From Deltaproteobacteria bacterium (GTDB lineage Bacteria > Myxococcota_A > UBA9160 > SMWR01): a DNA stretch of 64,000 nucleotides. The DNA lies in the NCBI GenBank assembly GCA_032128375.1, contig JAQBGU010000179.1, positions 1 through 64,000 on the forward strand, given 5' to 3'. The first letter of the stretch is position 1. Each line of letters starts with the position of its first letter. Under the pieces are notes generated by a model. It made no database searches. It was not told the origin of the DNA and was given only the letters and a program-made list of their open reading frames with translations. The position numbers and the translations under genes are program-made. Below, in pieces: positions 59,427 through 64,000 of this stretch.

Positions 59427-59780
59427 ATGGATGTGAGCATCTTCGGCGACGACTTTCGCGAGAGCCCCTTTGTCGAGCTGATCGAGCGACTCCTGGGCAA
59501 GGGCTATCCCGTGCTGATATGCGACAGCCATGTGGCCATCAGTCGTCTAACCGGCGCCAACCGACGCTACATCGAGGAGCACGTGCCCCACCTCTCTTCG
59601 CGCCTCGTGGACTCTCTGGGCGATCTCGTGGATCGCTGCGACGTGCTCGTGCTCGCTCATGCGCCAGATGACGGCGTAGAGAGCCTGCTTCGCACCCGCC
59701 CCGATCAGCGCGTGATCGACCTCGTGCGCGTGCCCGATCCCGAGAGGATACCGGCTCGTTACGAAGGCCTCGTCTGGTAG
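59427..59780 (+). pseudogene. GDP-mannose/UDP-glucose 6-dehydrogenase (AlgD-like) with a large in-frame internal deletion
   Basis: RBS AGGGAG, then N-terminal MDVSIFG joined directly to the C-terminal DDFRESP..LGKGY..GANRRYI..YEGLVW. Confidence 0.8.
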
Positions 59781-59793
59781 GCGACGCGGTCGA

Positions 59794-61017
59794 ATGAGAA
59801 TCCTCATCCTTGCCTGGCAGGCGCCCGCCACGTCCAGTTTGCCGGGCTCGCCCCGCCTGTTCAGTCTGTCTCGCGAACTCTGCAGGGATCACGAACTCGA
59901 GCTGCTTCTCATGCCCCAGGACCCGGAACGCATCGCCAGCTTCCGCGACGATCCGGACGTGTACCGGGTCTACTCCAGGATCGATGAACTTCCGAGCCCG
60001 CCTGCCCCATCCTGGTTGCGGCGCCAGATTCACCGTGTGCGCCAGGAGCCCTCCTTCTCGCTCCGGGCCCTCGCACCTCGCTATCACGCTGGGATCTGCT
60101 CCGAGGTGCGAGAGCGCTGCGTGGCCTCCGACCTTCTGCTCGTTGACGGGATCGCGGCGACTCAGTACGTGCGCGACGTACCCGTGCCTGCAGTGGCAGA
60201 TCTTCACGATTCGGTCTCGCTGCTGATCCGGCGCTCCGCCAAGCGCGCCGAAAGCCCGCTCGAGCGTACACGGCTGCACCTTGAATCTCGGGTGACCGCG
60301 GGTTGGGAGCGCCGACTTCACCACCAGTTCAGGCTGGTCATCACCAACTCGGACGTGGATCGGGACGAAATTCGTCGCCTCGAGTCCCGCTGCAACGCCA
60401 TCACGATCCCCAACGGTGTAGACACGGAATACTTCTCGCCCGGCGAAGAGACGCCGGCGCTCGCGCGTCTCGTGTTCAGCGGCGTCATGGGCTACGGACC
60501 CAACGACGATGGGGCTCGCTTTTTCATCCGGGAAGTTCTGCCGCGCATCCGCGAGCGAGAACCCGAATGTGAGTTTTGGGCCGTGGGACACGACCCAAGC
60601 GAGAGGCTACTGGCGCTGAATGGGGTCGCCGGTGTCCGGGTCACCGGGAGTGTGCGAGATGTGCGACCCTTCGTGCGCGAGGCGACGGCATTCGTGTCTC
60701 CGCTGCGTTACGGAACTGGCATGAAGAACAAGATTCTGGCGGCCATGGCCATGCGCCGCCCCGTCGTAGCAACATCCATCAGCCTGGATGGCATCTATGC
60801 CGTACCGGAAGAGCACGTGCTGGTCGGGGACTCACCCGAGGAGCTGGCACAGCAGAGCCTGCGCCTGATTCACGATGACAAGCTCGCCGCTCGCCTGTGT
60901 GACTCGGCCAAGGCCTGGGTCGAGGAAAATTTCTCGTGGTCGGAGCGGGCTGAGTCCCTGGAGCTCGAGCTCGCAAAGCTCTGTGTGTCGCCCTCCGCGT
61001 CGCCCTCCGCGAAATAG
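59794..61017 (+). CDS. Glycosyltransferase family 4
   Basis: IPNGVDTEYF, FSGVMGYGPN and PLRYGTGMKNKILAAMAM. Confidence 0.92.
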   Translation: MRILILAWQAPATSSLPGSPRLFSLSRELCRDHELELLLMPQDPERIASFRDDPDVYRVYSRIDELPSPPAPSWLRRQIHRVRQEPSFSLRALAPRYHAGICSEVRERCVASDLLLVDGIAATQYVRDVPVPAVADLHDSVSLLIRRSAKRAESPLERTRLHLESRVTAGWERRLHHQFRLVITNSDVDRDEIRRLESRCNAITIPNGVDTEYFSPGEETPALARLVFSGVMGYGPNDDGARFFIREVLPRIREREPECEFWAVGHDPSERLLALNGVAGVRVTGSVRDVRPFVREATAFVSPLRYGTGMKNKILAAMAMRRPVVATSISLDGIYAVPEEHVLVGDSPEELAQQSLRLIHDDKLAARLCDSAKAWVEENFSWSERAESLELELAKLCVSPSASPSAK

Positions 61018-61078
61018 TCGCGCTGCGGCAGATGACGGAACCCAGACGACGGTCCGACTGTCAGCGTACCGCGTACAT

Positions 61079-64000
61079 CTAGTCCCCCAGACGCTCTACG
61101 CGCACTGCGTCGGCAATCACGTAGCTTCCGGCCGGAGCGGCCTGGTCACTCAATCGCACTAGCAGGGTATCACCAGCAAGTTGATACACGCCGACGTCCT
61201 GCCACGACACTCCGTCCTCGACGAAATCAGAGGGTGCAACGCGCTGGTCAACGGCCACTGTTCCCAACTCGGTGGATCCATCCAAAACCGTATAGGGCGC
61301 GTTGTTTGCCCGGTTGCTGTAGGGCTCCCATGTCACGGACACGATGTACTGACCGGGTAGCAGTCCGCTCAGCGTCCACGTGGCGGTTTGCGTCCCGCTG
61401 CCAACCGCCTTGTAGCTGAAATCTCCTTGTGCGCCGACTCCGTTGTATGTGTTCCAGCTACCGACTGCGCTGTAACCCGGATCGCCATCATCGATGGTCC
61501 AGGTCGGGAGCAGCTCCTGGAAAACGGATCCGGACACGCCGAAATCGAAGGGGTTCTCGTTTGCGTCGTTAGAGTCGAAACTAACGACGCCGGCATGACT
61601 GCCCTCGAACACCGCATCGAGCTGCACGACGAAGTTCGTCGTCTGGCCAGGAGCCAGCAGCGTCGTGCCGAAGCCAGTGACGAGGCTGTACCCGCTGGGT
61701 AGCGCAATAGTGCCCAAGCTGAGATCCAATGTGCCCACATTCCCGACCGAAATCGTCTGTGTCAGCGGAGCGCCCACGACTGTGCTGCCGAAGTCGACAG
61801 AACCCGAACCGTCGGACAACCCTGCTCCAGCCACGAGCACCTGGATCTCTGGCGCCAACGGCACCTCCCCGAGGCTCTCGACGCGCACACCATCTGCAAT
61901 GACGTAGCTGCCCGACGGGCTGGCATTGTCGCTCAGACGAACCACCAGCGTGTCACCCGTGAGCTGATAGATGCCGACGTCCTGCCACGACACTCCGTCC
62001 TCGACGAAGTCAGCAGGTGCCGCGCGTTGATCAACGAGCACGGTCGCCAACTCGGTCGATCCATCCAAGACCGTATAGGGCGCGCTATCGGCACGGTTGG
62101 TGTATGGCTGCCATGTCACGGACACCACGTAGTCGCCCGGTACCAGTCCGCTCAACGTCCATGTGGCGGTTTGCGTCCCGGCGCCGACGATCTTGTAGCG
62201 GAAGTCTCCTTGTGCCCCGACTCCGTTGTAGGTGCTCCAGCTGCCACTGGCGCTGTAGCCCGCATCGCCATCGTCCAGGGTCCAGATCGGGGTCGGCTGC
62301 GCCGCGACGGACCCGGACACATTGAAATCGAAGGGATTCTCGTCTGCATCATCGGAGTCGAAGCTGATTGCGCCCGCATGCGTGCCCTCGAACACCGCAT
62401 CGAGTTGCACGGCGAACGTCGTCGTCTGGCCGGGAGTGAGCAGCGACGTTCCGAAGTTCGCGACGAGACTGAACCCGCTCGGCACTGTGATCGTGCCCAG
62501 GCTGAGATCCAATGTGCCCACATTGGCGACTGTGATCGTCTGTGCCAAGGGTGCGCCCACCAGCGTGCTGCCGAAGGCGACGAAGCCCGTTTCGTCGGTG
62601 ACGTCAGTTCCCGATACTGAAACCTGGATCTCCGGCGCAGGCGGCGTCGGCGCCGTGATGCTTCCTGACACAGCGAAGTCGAACGGGTTCTCGTCTGCGT
62701 CGTTGGAGTCGAAGCTGATTGCGCCGGCATGCGTGCCCACCGACACCGCGTCGAGCTGCACGACGAACGTCGTATTCGCACCGGGAGCCAGCAGTGTCGT
62801 TCCGAAGCCCGTGACCAGGCTGAACCCAGCGGGTAACGCGATCGCGCCCAATGCGAGATCCAGCGTCCCCGCATTGGCGACCGTGAATGTTCGCGTCAGC
62901 GGTGAACCCACCACTGTGCTGCCGAAGTTCACCGAACCGGTTCCATCCGCCACGTTGGCCCCGGCCACCTGTACCTGGACCTCCGGCGCCAGGACCAGGC
63001 CTCCGATGCGCTCCGCGCGTATGGCATCGGCGATCACGTAACTGCCCGGCGGGCCGGCAGCGTTGCTCAGTCGCACGACCAAGGTGTCACCTGCGAGTTG
63101 ATAGACGCCGACGTCTTGCCACGCCACGCCATCCTCGACGAAGTCAGCGGGTGCTGTGCGTTGGTCGACGGTCAGCGTCCCCAATTCGGTGGCCCCATCC
63201 AGGATTGTGTAGGGCGCGTCACTCGCTCGGTTGCTGTAGGACTCCCATGTCACCGACACGATGTACTGTCCCGATACCAGTCCGCTCAGTGTCCATGTGG
63301 CAGTCTGCGTTCCGGTGCCGACGGCCCGATAGCTGAAGTCACCCTTTGCCCCGACTCCAGTGTATGTGCTCCAGCTGCCACTCGTGCCGTAACCGACATC
63401 GCCATCGTCCAGAGTCCAGATGGGGGTCGGCTGCGCCGCGACGGATCCGGACACAGCGAAATCGAAGGGATTCTCGTCCGCATCATCGGAGTCGAAGCTG
63501 ATTGCGCCCGCATGCGTGCCCTCGAACACCGCATCGAGTTGCACGACAAAGGTCGTCGTCTGACCGGGAGTGAGCAGCGTCGTTCCGAAGTCCGCGACGA
63601 GGCTGAACCCGCTCGGCACTGTGATCGTGCCCAGGCTGAGATCCAATGTGCCCACATTGGCGACTGTGATCGTCTGTGCCAGGGGTGCGCCCACCAGCGT
63701 GCTGCCGAAGGCGACGAAGCCCGTTCCGTCGGTCAGGTCATTTACCGATACTGAAACCTGGAGCTCCGGCGCGGGCGGCGTCGGCGCCGTGATGGTTCCG
63801 GACGCAGCGAAGTCGAAGGGATTCTCGTCTGCGTCGTTGGAGTCGAAGCTGATTGCGCCGGCCTGCGTGCCCTCCGACACCGCATCGAGTTGAACGACGA
63901 ACGTCGTATTCGAGCCGGGAGCCAGCAGTGTTGTTCCGAAGCCCGCAAACAGGCTGAAACCGCTGGGCAGCGTGATGCTTCCCAATGCGAGATCCAGCGT
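61079..64000 (-). CDS. Large repetitive extracellular protein with Ig-like (choice-of-anchor D/ASH-like) and golvesin/xanthan-lyase CBM-like domains; 5' end outside the window
   Basis: Five (first partial) ..FGST.VG..SDDADENPFDF units and three DDGD..ATW..VDQ..IADA(V/I)R units. DNA duplication with about 1140-bp period. Confidence 0.85.
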   Translation of the reverse strand, partial: TLDLALGSITLPSGFSLFAGFGTTLLAPGSNTTFVVQLDAVSEGTQAGAISFDSNDADENPFDFAASGTITAPTPPAPELQVSVSVNDLTDGTGFVAFGSTLVGAPLAQTITVANVGTLDLSLGTITVPSGFSLVADFGTTLLTPGQTTTFVVQLDAVFEGTHAGAISFDSDDADENPFDFAVSGSVAAQPTPIWTLDDGDVGYGTSGSWSTYTGVGAKGDFSYRAVGTGTQTATWTLSGLVSGQYIVSVTWESYSNRASDAPYTILDGATELGTLTVDQRTAPADFVEDGVAWQDVGVYQLAGDTLVVRLSNAAGPPGSYVIADAIRAERIGGLVLAPEVQVQVAGANVADGTGSVNFGSTVVGSPLTRTFTVANAGTLDLALGAIALPAGFSLVTGFGTTLLAPGANTTFVVQLDAVSVGTHAGAISFDSNDADENPFDFAVSGSITAPTPPAPEIQVSVSGTDVTDETGFVAFGSTLVGAPLAQTITVANVGTLDLSLGTITVPSGFSLVANFGTSLLTPGQTTTFAVQLDAVFEGTHAGAISFDSDDADENPFDFNVSGSVAAQPTPIWTLDDGDAGYSASGSWSTYNGVGAQGDFRYKIVGAGTQTATWTLSGLVPGDYVVSVTWQPYTNRADSAPYTVLDGSTELATVLVDQRAAPADFVEDGVSWQDVGIYQLTGDTLVVRLSDNASPSGSYVIADGVRVESLGEVPLAPEIQVLVAGAGLSDGSGSVDFGSTVVGAPLTQTISVGNVGTLDLSLGTIALPSGYSLVTGFGTTLLAPGQTTNFVVQLDAVFEGSHAGVVSFDSNDANENPFDFGVSGSVFQELLPTWTIDDGDPGYSAVGSWNTYNGVGAQGDFSYKAVGSGTQTATWTLSGLLPGQYIVSVTWEPYSNRANNAPYTVLDGSTELGTVAVDQRVAPSDFVEDGVSWQDVGVYQLAGDTLLVRLSDQAAPAGSYVIADAVRVERLGD

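Overview
GC-rich bacterial chromosomal window with about 65 protein-coding genes or remnants. I found no rRNA, tRNA, CRISPR array, integrase or transposase. Positions 1-38 kb are mostly lipid, CoA-ester and aromatic catabolism genes: SDRs, an acyl-CoA synthetase, two class III CoA-transferases, a crotonase, a flavin monooxygenase and a reductase/F420 enzyme/thiolase/OB-fold/DUF1214/sulfotransferase run. Positions 38-64 kb are a PEP-CTERM-type exopolysaccharide and cell-surface locus: a PEP-CTERM protein, chain-length protein, BY-kinase, ExeA-like ATPase, priming sugar transferase, deacetylase, EpsI, a sugar C-methyltransferase cassette, glycosyltransferases and a large repeat surface protein cut by the window end. 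The most unusual non-coding signals are: (i) a complete sigma54 promoter architecture at 17.5 kb followed by three consecutive hairpins, a candidate sRNA; (ii) a sigma54 promoter at 46.07 kb followed by three 57-bp palindrome-bearing repeats that also read as a 19-aa repeat micro-ORF; (iii) three intergenic 10-11-bp helically phased tandem arrays. At least seven genes carry frameshifts or deletions, including two large clean deletions, so either gene decay or assembly error is present. All family calls come from recognising motifs by eye; no database search was run.
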